A DNA stretch of 64,000 nucleotides, from positions 7,502,001 through 7,566,000 of the forward strand of contig JBHGNT010000002.1 in assembly GCA_043228905.1 (NCBI GenBank), in the 5' to 3' direction. The notes below the pieces were generated by a model. The model ran no database searches, was not told the DNA's origin, and was given only the letters and a program-made list of their open reading frames with translations. Numbering within the stretch: the first letter of the stretch is position 1; each line of letters starts with the position of its first letter. Made by a program: the position numbers and the translations under genes. This DNA comes from Azolla caroliniana (taxonomy: Eukaryota; Plantae; Polypodiophyta). Shown here piece after piece: positions 50,428 through 61,988 of the stretch.

Positions 50428-53400
50428 TGTTAAGAAACAAGCTCAACAAAAGCATGTGATGCTTATTGGGAAATAAGATCTTCTATAGTAGCTATTTGGA
50501 AAATTAGCTACTCGTGGACATATAAGCAAAACAACTATTTCGCTACTCACAACTATTTAGTTACTCACAGCTAATTAGCTGCATATGTAAGTGACTTATA
50601 ACTTAGGTAAAAAAAGTAAGTTGTAAGAAGAGAGATAGAAGTAGAAAAACAGAAAAACAAACGAGAGAGGTTTTTTGTGTAATGAAATAGAAGCTTTTGG
50701 GTTGCTACAAAGGTAAGTCTCTTTCCCCCTTCCTTTTCTGTCTTGAGTGCACTAAAAGGTCCATCACATCATGATCCACTTTGCACAAAGAAGAGCCGGA
50801 GGGCCTTCGTAACATGGTATCAGAGCAGAACTGCTCGTAAAGAGGAACAATACAAATATGAGAAGTTTGGTTCTGGTTGCTGCTCTGAATCAAAGAGGTG
50901 TCTGTGAAATTAATCGTAGCAAAAGCCCTAATTTGAAAGAGAGAATGGCTGCTGAGAATGGAAGCCAAATAGTCACAGAAAAGTTGGACAAAAACAATTT
51001 CCTTGCGTGGAAATTTAGAATGACAAATTTTCTTGATGGGAAAAGGATACTAGGATTACTTTGAAGGAGACCTAGAAGAGGCTCCAGAGATCCCTGAAGA
51101 AAATGCAACTGTTGCACAGATTAAAGCATTTAATGAATGGAATCAAGGGGCAAGGAAAGTATTGCATTGGCTGTCACTTAACATCTTAGATTCGATTCTT
51201 GGACACATACAAGATGCTTTGCCTCTAAAAGAAGCTTGGGACAGTTTGGTAAAACTATTTGTAGTAAACACAAAGGCTAGAAAGCTTCAGTTGAAGACCG
51301 AGCTAAATACCTTGGAAAAAGGTAAGATGTCAGTTAATGAGTATGCTTTGAAAATAAAGAGCATATGTGAGTCACTTGCTTCTATTAATGTGAAGGTAGA
51401 AGATGATGATAAGGTGGAAATATGCTTAAGAGGCTTAGGACCTCAATATAAAAGCTTCAAAACATTTATTCTCACAAGGGATAGCATCCCAAGTTTTCTA
51501 GATTTAGTTTCAATGCTCGTAGTGGAAGAAAGAAATCAGATGGATGATGTAAACAAAGGAAACTTTGAGACTGAGGGGCAAGCCCTCTACAATAGTGGTG
51601 GAAGAGGCCGAGGAAGAGAACATGGAAGATTTGGTCCAGTTAGAACTAACAATAAATTATCAAGGAAGAGGACGACAAGCTACAAGGGGAAGAAACAACA
51701 TCAGAGGTAGGGGGAGCAATCGAGGTAGGGGTATGCAAACTTTTTTGAATGATGATGGCTATTGGTATTGTGGAAAACCAGGCCATACATAGGCTGAATG
51801 CTATAAAAAGCAAAATGATGAAAAAAGAGGGAAAAGACAACAAAATAACTATGCTTCAACTAGTGAAAACTGTGATAAAGAAGCTGCATTTATGATACAA
51901 TAGCAATGGCTGAATGTTCACAAAGATGCAATGAAGAGTATATGTGGTATGTAGATTCTGGGACATCTAATCATATGACTGGACATGCAAATTGGTTTGA
52001 AAGTCTAAGAGAACCAGTGATTCCTGGTTATGTACAGATAGGTGATAATACCACTCATACAATCAAGCATGTTGGAGATATCCCATTGTGGGAAGAAAAA
52101 AGAAAAACAAAGTATATGCTGAATGTTATGCATGTGCCAAACCGTGCAAAAAAACTGATTTCTGTTGGACAGATAGTAGAGCAAGGAATGCAAGTTAAGT
52201 TTAAGCAAAGTGGATGCTTTATAGATAAACATGGAAAGCTTATTGCAAAAGGAAAACGACAAGGAAGAATGTTTGTGTTAGATGTGGATATGCCTAAAAA
52301 GTTTACTACCATGTTTGCAAAAGGAATGAATGTAATCTCAGATGTGGAGATGTGGCATAAAAGAATTGGTCACATGAGTATGCAAACCTTGAAAAATATG
52401 TTGAGGAAAAATGCAATGGCTGGACTGCCTAAGTTAAAAGACTGTGAGATGAGCAAAATATGTGAAGCATGCCAATATGGAAAGCAAAACAGGTTACCTT
52501 TCCCTCATGAAAGACATGTAAGCAAAAATTTGTTGGATTTGGTACATACAAATGTATGGGAACCAACAAAAAATGTCTCAATTGGTGGTTGTAGGTTTTA
52601 TGTAACATTTATTGATGATTGCTCAAGGAAAACATGAGTTTACTTCATGAAAGAGAAAAGTGAAGTATTTGATTACTTTTGTAAGTTTAAATGCATGGTA
52701 GAAATGCAGGCTGGAACTAGAATAAAATGTTTAAGATTTGATGGAGGAGGAGAATACTTCTCAAATGATTTTTTTAATTTTCTATGCAATCAAGGAATAA
52801 AGAGACAGTTCACATGTAGATATACTCCACAACAAAATGGAGTGGCTAAGAGAAAAAACAGAACGTTGGTGAACATAGTAAGAGCCTTGATGACTGAAAA
52901 AAATATACCATTCTATTACTGGGCAGAAGCTGTAAGCACAACAAACTTTATTCTAAATAGATGTATAACATCTGGAGTACATGAAGTAACTCCTGAAGAA
53001 TGCTTGTATGGAAGGAAACCTAGTTTAGGACACTTAAAAGTGTTTGGATGCCTTGCTTGTGTCCATGTACCTGCTGAAGTAAGAAGTAAGCTTGATCCAA
53101 ACGCTGAAAAATGTGTTCTTGTTGGATATTCAGAGGAACAAAAAGGGTATAGATGCTATAACCTGTTGACAAAAAAGATTGTAGGGAGCTGTGATGTAAT
53201 ATTGATGAGTTGGGCAGTTGGTACAACTCAAAAGAAAATGTAAAAACTGATGAAGACAATGAAAATGAAGACAAGAACACATCTGAAAAGGGAAATGATA
53301 ACCATGGAAATGGAAGCAATGTTGGACAACAAAGTTCAACATCAATAGAATGTACTGGACCATCTGAAAAATCTGGTAGTAAATCTGAATCAAATTCTTG

Positions 53401-54760
53401 GAGTGGAAAGATGCAAGACAAAAAAATATGATGATAAAAAGGGAAAACAGAAGATGCCAGAATATGAAATGTTTGATGAAGGATCTAGAAACATGGAAGA
53501 TGTAGATTCAGATACATCATTGGACGATGAGCTGGGTATACGGGCCTTGAAAATCCCTGGTATTGAGAAGGCAATGAAAGATGCAAATCAGAAATTGAGA
53601 AGATCAGATAGAGAGAAAAAGACTATTGAAAGATTTGGTTATGATACATACATGGTTATCCATTATGCACATATGTCTAAAGTGGTATAGATTCTTGATC
53701 CAAATAGTTTTGATGAAGCAAAATTTGATAAGAAATGGGTGAATGCAATGCAAGAAGAAATAGATGCATTGGCTAAAAATAAAACATGGGATTTAGTAAA
53801 GTTACCAAAAGGAAAAAATGTTGTAGGTTACAAATGGGTCTACAAAACAAAGCATGATTCCAATGGGAATGTAAGTAGACATAAAGCAAGACTTGTGGCA
53901 AAGGGATATTCCCAGATGCAAGGAATTGATTATGATGAAACATTTGCACCGGTTGCAAAAATGGCAACCTTGAGGACACTACTTGCTGTAAGTGCAGCCA
54001 AAAGATGGGTTCTGCACCATATGGATGTAAAAAATGCTTTTTTACATGGTAACTTGGAAGAGGAAGTATACATGTGTCAACCACTAGGATTTGAAGATAA
54101 GAAGCATCCAAAATATGTTTGGAAGTTGAAAAAGGCTCTCTATGGACTAAAACAAGCACCGAGAGCATGGCACAAAGAACTTTCAGAATCTCTGAAAAAA
54201 TTTGCCTTTAAAATATCAAAGGCTGATCCATCATTGTATATAAAGAAGATGAATGATTGAATTGTTGTGATTTTGATTTATGTAGATGATTTAATCATCA
54301 GAGGTGATTCTATGGATGAAATAAATGAGTTGAAGAAAAATCTGAAAATGCAATTTTATATGAAGGATTTGGGAGAGTTGAGATACTTTCTTGGTATTAG
54401 ATGATCAGATCTGAAAGTGGCATATATATGTTGCAAAAATAGTATGCAACAACTATGTTGAAGAAGTATGGTATGCTTGGATGCAAACCTAACTACAAAT
54501 TGAGGGCTGATTTGGGAGCCAAAATAGAAGATGTAAACATGTACAAGTCTATGGTGGGCAGCCTCATATATTTGACTATAACAAGACCTGATTTGTGTTA
54601 TGCTGTTGGATTAGTCAGCCAGTTTATGCAACAACCAACAAAGCCACATTTCGATTGCATTAGAAGAATCTTGAGGTATGTAAAAGCTACTAAGAACTAT
54701 TGATTGTTTTATAGGGTTGATTTAGACATAAAACTGGAAGGATATACAGATGCTGATTGG
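50428..54760 (+). mobile_element. Copia element B (5' LTR and decayed gag-pol to RNase H), inserted in the protease region of Copia A
   Basis: LTR 50428-50814 (TGTTAAG...GTAACA). PBS TGGTATCAGAGC at 50815-50826. Gag EKLDKNNF..WKFRM, zinc knuckle, PR WYVDSGTSNHM, IN WHKRIGH..CEAC..FIDDCSR..PQQNGVA, RT KARLVAKGYSQ..MDVKNAFLHG..YVDDL. RH LEGYTDADW is cut at 54760. Confidence 0.93.
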
Positions 54761-54859
54761 TGTCAGGAACAATACTAAGACAGAGATGGAATTAGTACTA
54801 AAGATGAGAATTAGTACTAAGGGAGAGAAAAGGGTGTAGAACTCACGAGAGAAGGAGAG

Positions 54860-54902
<43 letters not shown>

Positions 54903-54993
54903 TGATAACAAAATATATATTATATTATATGAAGAGTAAGTACAAGAATAGCTATGAGGCTTGTGTAGGATCTATGTATCGATGGAGTTAACT
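54761..54993 (-). mobile_element. U5/R part of an LTR related to the 57932-63723 element, inserted in Copia B and itself interrupted
   Basis: TGTCAGGAAC..GGAATTAGTACTAAA..GGGTGTAGAACT..(GA)n..GAAGAG..TACAA is colinear with 57932-58165. Confidence 0.8.
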
Positions 54994-55191
54994 TGTCGAT
55001 GTCATTTGCGGAGTTTGAACCGGCGTATACCCTTTTGATGGCGAATCGGGCGGAGATGGTTGTCGGACACCTCCACGCCTCACACTCACTTAACGATTAA
55101 TAGATGATTAAGCACGATATCTCTCTCACTCTTTCAAGCTCGCTCTCATAGACAATAGGGTAACGAATATAGACAATAAGAGTAATGAATA

Positions 55192-55797
55192 TGTTTAGTA
55201 ACCCTCTTTGCTAAGAGATGTAGCACCAACAAGGAAGAGAGATTAGTGTTCTCTAACTAAACACTTCACTAATCTCTCTTAAGATTAAAGGTTACAAGAA
55301 GGAGGAGAGGAAGCTCTAGCTCTTAATCAATAGGGAGATCTTTACAAATGGAAGAACCCTTACAAAGCCACCACCATGTGGTTTATATAACATTTATATT
55401 TAGGGTATGGACCTTTCACACTTGGATGTCTCTTAACCCTCTTTCCTCTTGCCATTCCCACTTCGTAGGTCCTTTATCCATACTACGTCCTTGTTGATGC
55501 ACTCTTCTTCATTACCAGTCGTGGTGCGCTCCAAGCGCTTAACATCCCCCCCAACCTAATGAGTGCACACTCCCGGATGCACTGTGGGAGGGGAGCTTCG
55601 GGCGTCGGGAGCTGGTCGGTGGCGAGTTCGTGGGCTCACTAGACCGGTTGAGGATCGTGTGCCCACTTGAGGAACTCACCAGTGATACGGTTGATGGCGT
55701 CGGTGGTGTTGTCAGGGTAGTTGTGGTTCGTGCGGCGAAGTCGCAGGGACTAAGGTTAAGGGGAGTTGAAGGAACTTTTATAAGGCTTGCACACAAA
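55192..55797 (-). mobile_element. 3' LTR (55192-55544) plus PPT and short internal remnant of another LTR element
   Basis: TGTTTAG...CTTAACA followed by TCCCCCCC; no matching TSD found. Confidence 0.55.
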
Positions 55798-56412
55798 TGT
55801 TAGGAAGATTAAGGATAAAAAGAATAAGAGTTTAAAGTAATGTGTGTGTGAGAGAGAGACAAGTATAGATAAAGGATAGAGACAATGTATGATTCAAGAA
55901 GCAAGACAGAGACAAAGTATGATTTAAGGAAAAAAAGTATATGATATGTGTTGGGAGACAGGTCCCTCCGGATGGGAAGGGAGAAGAACAGTGCTGATGT
56001 GCAAACTCGGCCGAGGCCGAAACCGGATGAGGAGTACCCGGCTACGGAGAGCCGGATGGTACAGACCCGGTGAGAACCGGATGAGGAGTACTCGGCTACG
56101 GAGAGCCGGATGGTGCAGACCCGGTGAGAACCGGATGAGGAGTACCCGGCTACGGAGGAGCGGATGGTGTAGACCCGGTGAGAACCGGATGAGGAGTACC
56201 CGGCTACGGAGAGCCGGATGGTGAAGACCCGGTGAGGAGTGCTCTCCGGATGAAGAGACATATTTGTAAATATGTCTATGAGAGTCCATCGTGGCTATAT
56301 TTGTAAATAGCCGAAAAGTCATATTAGTATAAATATGACTTAGGGCAAACCTTTTGATATATAGTTGTTGTCATTCTTGTTGGTGCAAGGAGAGAGAGAG
56401 CGTGTAACTGTG

Positions 56413-56467
<55 letters not shown>

Positions 56468-56777
56468 GTTGTTGCCTCTGTTGTAACTGCTGCCTGTGGC
56501 GAGGATCGTGAGCACGAGGTCGTTGCCTCCGTGAACTCACTGTTGTACATTCTAACATAGTGATAGTTTGCAGCCTGTGGGCTGCCGTGGTTTTTCCATT
56601 AGTTTGGGTTTTCCACGTAAACATCCTGTGTACTCGTCTCTTCTTCGTGTCATTCATTATTTCCCATTTTCTGTGTATGATTCTAAGCTCGGTTGTGGCC
56701 GAGCGTTGCGTATACGAAGCGTGCAGTTCCCGTCAATATGAACATGATGTATATTACGAATATAAGATTTTACCAAC
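55798..56777 (+). mobile_element. Copia-type LTR with 54-bp U3 tandem repeats
   Basis: TGTTAGG start, TATAAATA at ~56328, U5-like GGTTTTCCACGTAAACATCCTGTGT, ends ATTTTACCAAC; no TSD match. Confidence 0.6.
56020..56252. repeat. 54-bp tandem repeat x4
   Basis: CCGGATGAGGAGTAC recurs at 56023, 56077, 56131 and 56185. Confidence 0.92.
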
Positions 56778-56811
56778 TTTACAATGCTTGATAGCAAGAT
56801 GAACCCTGTCT

Positions 56812-56884
56812 CTACCGACTCTTGATTCGAACCCTTGACTCCAACTTGGAAACACGAGCCTCTTCACCAACAAGCTAACTTATT
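56812..56884 (-). promoter_or_regulatory. tRNA-like Pol III A/B-box cassette in the LTR of the gag-PR element
   Basis: Minus strand A-box TAGCTTGTTGG (56877-56867) and B-box GGTTCGAATC (56833-56824); spacing 44. Confidence 0.7.
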
Positions 56885-58070
56885 ATTGGTTTTGTTGATT
56901 ATCTTATTTCTCTAACTTTCTCTTCATTGATTGATTACCCTGTTTTCCCATTGAGTCATCCCTTAATTCCTTGCCTCTCTTTATAGGTTCTCTCATGCAT
57001 ATGATGATATGGTGGTGCATGGCATGCATGTAATGCATGTGATGTATGATCGCCATTTGGCGCACATCCTTTACATGTGATGCATGATAGCCATCATGCT
57101 CATCTAAGCTCTAATGTATGAAGATACACATGTCATAAGTATAATGATAAAAATAACTATAGAAAGTAACTTATCCTAATGATATATTCTTCGTCCTTGG
57201 TGTGTGAGGGTATGGCTTCAAGTCTCTCAAATGTTACTTAATACAATATTGAAGTTTATTTTTATATCGTGAAGCAAATCCTTAACGACACCCACCCCCT
57301 CAGAACTTGCACACTAGTTGTGCAAAGTTCATCCAAAGTCTTGGAAAAACTCTTCATTCCGTGACTGGATGTCCCCTCAAGCATTCTTTGTTTCTTTCAT
57401 GGTTAGGCGTCATGGTTAAGATATGGCCCCTCTTCCTTCCATCCTGACTCTTGATCCTCACGAAAGTTGAATCATCATTAATCACAGTTGTTTCCATCCT
57501 TACTACATTGATGTATGGTTCACCATCCTTTGTTTCCATACTTACTACGCTATTGTATGGTTGACCAAGGATGATGGGGTAGGTTGATCCATCTTACACA
57601 TAGTAATTTTGATCCATCGACACATCTCCCATTGTTACTTTCACATTAGGACATGCTCTGAATAGATCCTCCATCATCTCTGTTGCAACTTTTTTCTTTG
57701 AACCATGATTCTTATTGATTGGCCACCTTCCTTGAGCACAACATTCCGACAACATCATGTTAATTTCTTATCCATGATCCATCAAAGAAATACAAGGAAT
57801 TTGTTGCTCCATAATTTTTGTAGGCGCCTCCGTTGTTGCTTGAACCCAATGGTTCTTTGTATAATGACTCCTATCCCCTTCATGAATCCGAACCAATCGC
57901 TTGAGTCATTTCTCTCTCGGCATCTTCCATTTGTCAGGAATCAGTAGTAAGACGGAGACGGAATTAGTACTAAACGAAGGATTAGTACTACAGAGAAGGG
58001 ATTAGTACTAAACGAAGGATTAGTACTATGAGGGGTGTAGAACTTCTTGAGAGAGAAGGAAGAAGTGAGC

Positions 58071-58107
<37 letters not shown>

Positions 58108-58327
58108 ATGATGAGAGAAATATATGTATTACGTGAAGAGAATGTACAACTGTGGCTAGAAGGCTTAAGACTGGCGTTGAACCAATTTGGTTCAACATAA
58201 CGCCTAGTGCCCTCTTTTATAGTATTTCTAAGAGTAATCCTGAAGCTTCTAGAATGTTCCAGAGAAATCTGGAATATACATCAATTTCTAAAATAAAACA
58301 TAAATGAAAATAATATCCTACAACTTA

Positions 58328-58398
58328 TAATGTATAGTCTAATGGTAAGACCTCGACCCATGTAGCATAAGGTCATGGGTTCGAGTCTTGCCATGACA
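58328..58398 (+). promoter_or_regulatory. tRNA-like Pol III A/B-box cassette forming the outer U3 end of the LTR (second copy at 63653-63723)
   Basis: A-box TAGTCTAATGG at 58335-58345 with D-arm-like GTC/GAC pairing. B-box GGTTCGAGTC at 58378-58387. Spacing 43. Confidence 0.75.
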
Positions 58399-58409
58399 CT
58401 ATCCCCCCC

Positions 58410-61400
58410 TTAAAAACGACGAGTGCCACGAGTCGTTTTGGATTGAGGACCCGGTTTGTGTGGATATCGACGATGGAAGTCTTCGAGAAGAGCACGAGCA
58501 TTGGTCACATTCTCGATCGGCTCCCAAGTACGCTCGCTGGGACTATATCCTAGCCAATCGACTAGATAGTAGAGCTTGTTGCGAGTAATCTTGGAATCAA
58601 GGATGGCGGCAACCTCGTACTCAGGTCCATCTTCAAGCTCGATCGGGGGTGGAGGTGGTGGAATACGGCCTGGAATGGTGCTTTCGCGATAGGGTTCGAG
58701 GAGAGAACTATGGAACACCGGATGAATCCGAAGGTGCGGAGGGAGTTCGAGCCGAAAAGCAACATCATTAATCTTCCCGATAATACGGAAAGGACCTAAC
58801 CGCCGATAGTCCAACTTCTCACATGGGCGAGTAGTCTTGACGTGTCGTCGAAGCAGCCATACCCGATCGCCAATGTCAAAACTGGATGGAAGTCGATGAC
58901 GATCCGCATAAACCTTGTGTGCTTGTTGAGCTTGCTGGAGCTGAGTAGATAGATCCGCTTCTATCTTGTGTAATCGCTCCAACCGATCCTCTGCGCAAGG
59001 ATTCGTGGGCAATTCTGGGGTTTCAACTACACACCATCGGGGATGACAACCTGTGTAAGCATAAAATGGGGTAACCTTTGTTGAGGAGTGGACGGAGTTG
59101 TTATATGCAAACTCGGCGAAATGGAGAATATCTGCCCAATCATCTTGATGGTAACTTAGAAAACACCGAAGATACTGCTCCAGCGTTTGATTTGTTCGTT
59201 CTGCCTGGCCGTCTGTTTGCGGGTGGTAGCCGGAGGAAAGATTACAAGTCACTTGAAGCATTTTAAAGAAGTGCTTCCAAAACTTCGAAACGAATTGGGG
59301 TCCACGATCGCTGATGATGCTATCAGGGAGGCCGTGATGCCGACATACTTCGCGCATAACAATCTCGGCGGTTCCTTCACTGGATATTTCTTTAGTACAT
59401 GGTAGGAAATGAGCCATCTTCGTATAGCGATCTACGACTGTTAAGATCGCATCGAATCCCTTAGACATCGGGAGGTCCGTGAAGAAATCTAGAGCAATGG
59501 ATTGCCACGGCTTACTCGGAATTGGTAATGGTTCTAACAAACCATATGGATGATGCCTTGGCATTTTTGCCCTGCAACAGGTATCACAAGTCCGAACAAA
59601 ATCTTCGACAAATTGTCGCATGTGGGGCCACCAGAATGAGCGTTGTACTAAATCTAATGTTTTAGTACTACCAAAATGCCCAGCAGTATATGTATCATGA
59701 CAGCTTTGGACTACTTGAAGGCGACCAGTACCATTAGGAACATACAAGAGTGTCTTAAAAAATAGTAATCCATCATGGTATTGGAATTGCCGATAATCCG
59801 TACCTGGTTGTTGCGATTCCGAACAAGATGCTTGAGAGGGATCGATTTGTTTTAGAATGGCTTGGGCGAATGCATCTGTCTTCAAGTCCTCCCGTATGGT
59901 ATCGATAACGCGAGAATCCATGGGCATGTCGAAGATCTGTGCTGCTTGTAGTCGTGCCGGTCCCAAGATGACTTGCTTTTGGTTATCGAAGGCTGGCTCG
60001 CCGGGACGCGGTGCTAGATATGAACGTCGTGATAATGCATCCGCCTTCCCTTGGTGCTTCCCCGGTCGATAAGTAATTTTGAAGTCGAAACGTGTGAGGA
60101 AGTGGGCCCACCGGGCTTGACGTCGATTCAGCACACGAGCATCCTGAAAGTAGGCAAGGTTCTTGTGGTCACTGAATACAGTGACTGGGTGAGGGGATCC
60201 CTCTAGGAAATGCCTCCATTGCATAAATGAATCCACTATTGCCAAGAGTTCCTTATCATGTATCTCGTAGTTGATTTCGGCGGCGTCAAACTTTCGTGAA
60301 TGAAAAGCCACAGGATGTAGCTTCTCGTCATTACCATGTTGTGACAGAATGCTCCCCAATGCGAAATCCGATGCGTCAGCTTCGATAATGAATGGTTTTT
60401 CTGGATCGACATGACCCAGAATTGGAGCTGATGTAAACGCCTTTTTCAGATTCTCGAAAGCCAAGTCTGTTTCTTCAGACCAAATGAACGCTTGCCCCTT
60501 TCTGGTAAGCTGTGTGAGAGGCAGAACGATCCTTGAGTAATCTTGTATGAACTTCCGGTAAAAATTGGCAAAGCCGAGAAAACACTGCACATCCCGCACC
60601 GAACGCGGAGTCTGCCAATCCACCACCGTTTTGACTTTAGCTGGGTCCATGGAGATGCCTTCTGAGGAGATGACATAGCCGAGAAATTCCACCTGGTTGC
60701 ACCCGAAACTACATTTTTCTAGTTTTGCATACAGACCATGTTCTCGAAGTCGTTTTAGTACTGATAGTACATGAGAATCATGCTCTTCCTGGGTCTTCGA
60801 ATAAACCAATAGATCATCCAAGTAGATGATCAAAAAATTATCCAACAGGTCTCGGAATATATCGTTCGCCATGTGCTGGAAGACTGCCGGCGCATTAGTG
60901 AGGCCGAACGGCATGACTGTATACTCGAAGTGCCCGTATCTAGTACGAAACGCCGTCTTCCATTCGTCTCCTGGTCGAATTCGTACGAGATTATATGCTC
61001 CTCGTAAGTCGATCTTCGTGAAGAACCTGGCACCATTGATCCGTTCTAAAAGACTTGAGATAAGGGGCAGTGCATACCTATTCCTGATGGTGACTTTATT
61101 TAGGCCACGATAGTCGACAACAAGGCGAAGAGATCCGTCCTTCTTCTTGACGAAGAAAATAGGTGCGCCTGCGGGAGATTTTGAATGCCGAATGAAACCA
61201 TTAGCCAAATTCTCCTCTATGTAGGCTCGAAGGACTTCTAGCTCCGTAGGTGACAAATTGTAGATTGGCCCCCATGGCGGCTCCTTTCCTGGTTGTAGAT
61301 CGATGGGGCAATCGTACGGTCGATGATGAGGAAGTGTGTTGGCTTGTATTTTATCGAACACATCAGCATACTGACGATACTTCTCGGGAAGTTGAACGAT

Positions 61401-61988
61401 GAACTCCTCTTTGGTGGTGCTGGAGGGTTGTACTGATATAGCGAAGAGAAACATGTCCTCCTTGTGCCCTTCCTCACGCAACTGATGTAGTGAAATGGTT
61501 GCAATCTTCTGGGTAGATCCTTGGGTTTGTCGAAACTGAATTTTCCTTGTCCTCCAATCTATGTCTGGGTTATGTAACTCAAACCATGGTAATCCTAAAA
61601 CTATGGGATGTTCTGGAATACTAATTATATTAAATGATATTACACATGCTAGATTATCTAGGACAACATTAACGGGCTCTGATTCTTCTATGATATTTCC
61701 GGAAGCAATGGGACGACCATCAATGACTACTACGGAGGCTGGACACGAGAGTTTTCTAAGAGATATCTGATGAGCTTGGGCAAAATTCTTATCCATAAAG
61801 CAAGAGTTTGCTCCGGAATCTAGGAGTGCTAAGACATGTACTGGAGGGGTACTTTTAGTACTAACGGCTACTTGGGCTACGAACACATTGCTAACTTGCT
61901 TAGAGAAAATGGAACCACTAGTGGGCTGCACAGATCTAGGGCTGTCCAACCAAACGGCTCCTATTTTGGCTGGACTTAGTCGTTTAAC
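58410..61988 (-). CDS. pol: Pol polyprotein (PR-RT-RH-IN-chromodomain), probably reached by -1 frameshift from gag
   Basis: [43 protein letters not shown] zinc finger, SDRGPQF, HPQTDGQAERTN, EYEVAAILD..YLVDWLGY..TWEP. The frame is open from 62003 with no ATG near its start. Confidence 0.95.
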   Translation of the reverse strand, partial: VKRLSPAKIGAVWLDSPRSVQPTSGSIFSKQVSNVFVAQVAVSTKSTPPVHVLALLDSGANSCFMDKNFAQAHQISLRKLSCPASVVVIDGRPIASGNIIEESEPVNVVLDNLACVISFNIISIPEHPIVLGLPWFELHNPDIDWRTRKIQFRQTQGSTQKIATISLHQLREEGHKEDMFLFAISVQPSSTTKEEFIVQLPEKYRQYADVFDKIQANTLPHHRPYDCPIDLQPGKEPPWGPIYNLSPTELEVLRAYIEENLANGFIRHSKSPAGAPIFFVKKKDGSLRLVVDYRGLNKVTIRNRYALPLISSLLERINGARFFTKIDLRGAYNLVRIRPGDEWKTAFRTRYGHFEYTVMPFGLTNAPAVFQHMANDIFRDLLDNFLIIYLDDLLVYSKTQEEHDSHVLSVLKRLREHGLYAKLEKCSFGCNQVEFLGYVISSEGISMDPAKVKTVVDWQTPRSVRDVQCFLGFANFYRKFIQDYSRIVLPLTQLTRKGQAFIWSEETDLAFENLKKAFTSAPILGHVDPEKPFIIEADASDFALGSILSQHGNDEKLHPVAFHSRKFDAAEINYEIHDKELLAIVDSFMQWRHFLEGSPHPVTVFSDHKNLAYFQDARVLNRRQARWAHFLTRFDFKITYRPGKHQGKADALSRRSYLAPRPGEPAFDNQKQVILGPARLQAAQIFDMPMDSRVIDTIREDLKTDAFAQAILKQIDPSQASCSESQQPGTDYRQFQYHDGLLFFKTLLYVPNGTGRLQVVQSCHDTYTAGHFGSTKTLDLVQRSFWWPHMRQFVEDFVRTCDTCCRAKMPRHHPYGLLEPLPIPSKPWQSIALDFFTDLPMSKGFDAILTVVDRYTKMAHFLPCTKEISSEGTAEIVMREVCRHHGLPDSIISDRGPQFVSKFWKHFFKMLQVTCNLSSGYHPQTDGQAERTNQTLEQYLRCFLSYHQDDWADILHFAEFAYNNSVHSSTKVTPFYAYTGCHPRWCVVETPELPTNPCAEDRLERLHKIEADLSTQLQQAQQAHKVYADRHRLPSSFDIGDRVWLLRRHVKTTRPCEKLDYRRLGPFRIIGKINDVAFRLELPPHLRIHPVFHSSLLEPYRESTIPGRIPPPPPPIELEDGPEYEVAAILDSKITRNKLYYLVDWLGYSPSERTWEPIENVTNARALLEDFHRRYPHKPGPQSKTTRGTRRF
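61944..61988 (-). promoter_or_regulatory. Predicted -1 ribosomal frameshift signal (G TTA AAC plus hairpin)
   Basis: Heptamer at 61988-61982 in gag phase, 6-nt spacer, stem GTCCAGCCAAA/TTTGGTTGGAC. Confidence 0.8.

Noticed and set aside
55809-56322. ORFs with SSSGSHRV repeats
   Set aside because: Translations of the 54-bp LTR repeat.
58328-58398. Functional tRNA genes at this and the other A/B-box cassettes
   Set aside because: Acceptor and anticodon stems do not pair properly, so no isotype can be assigned.
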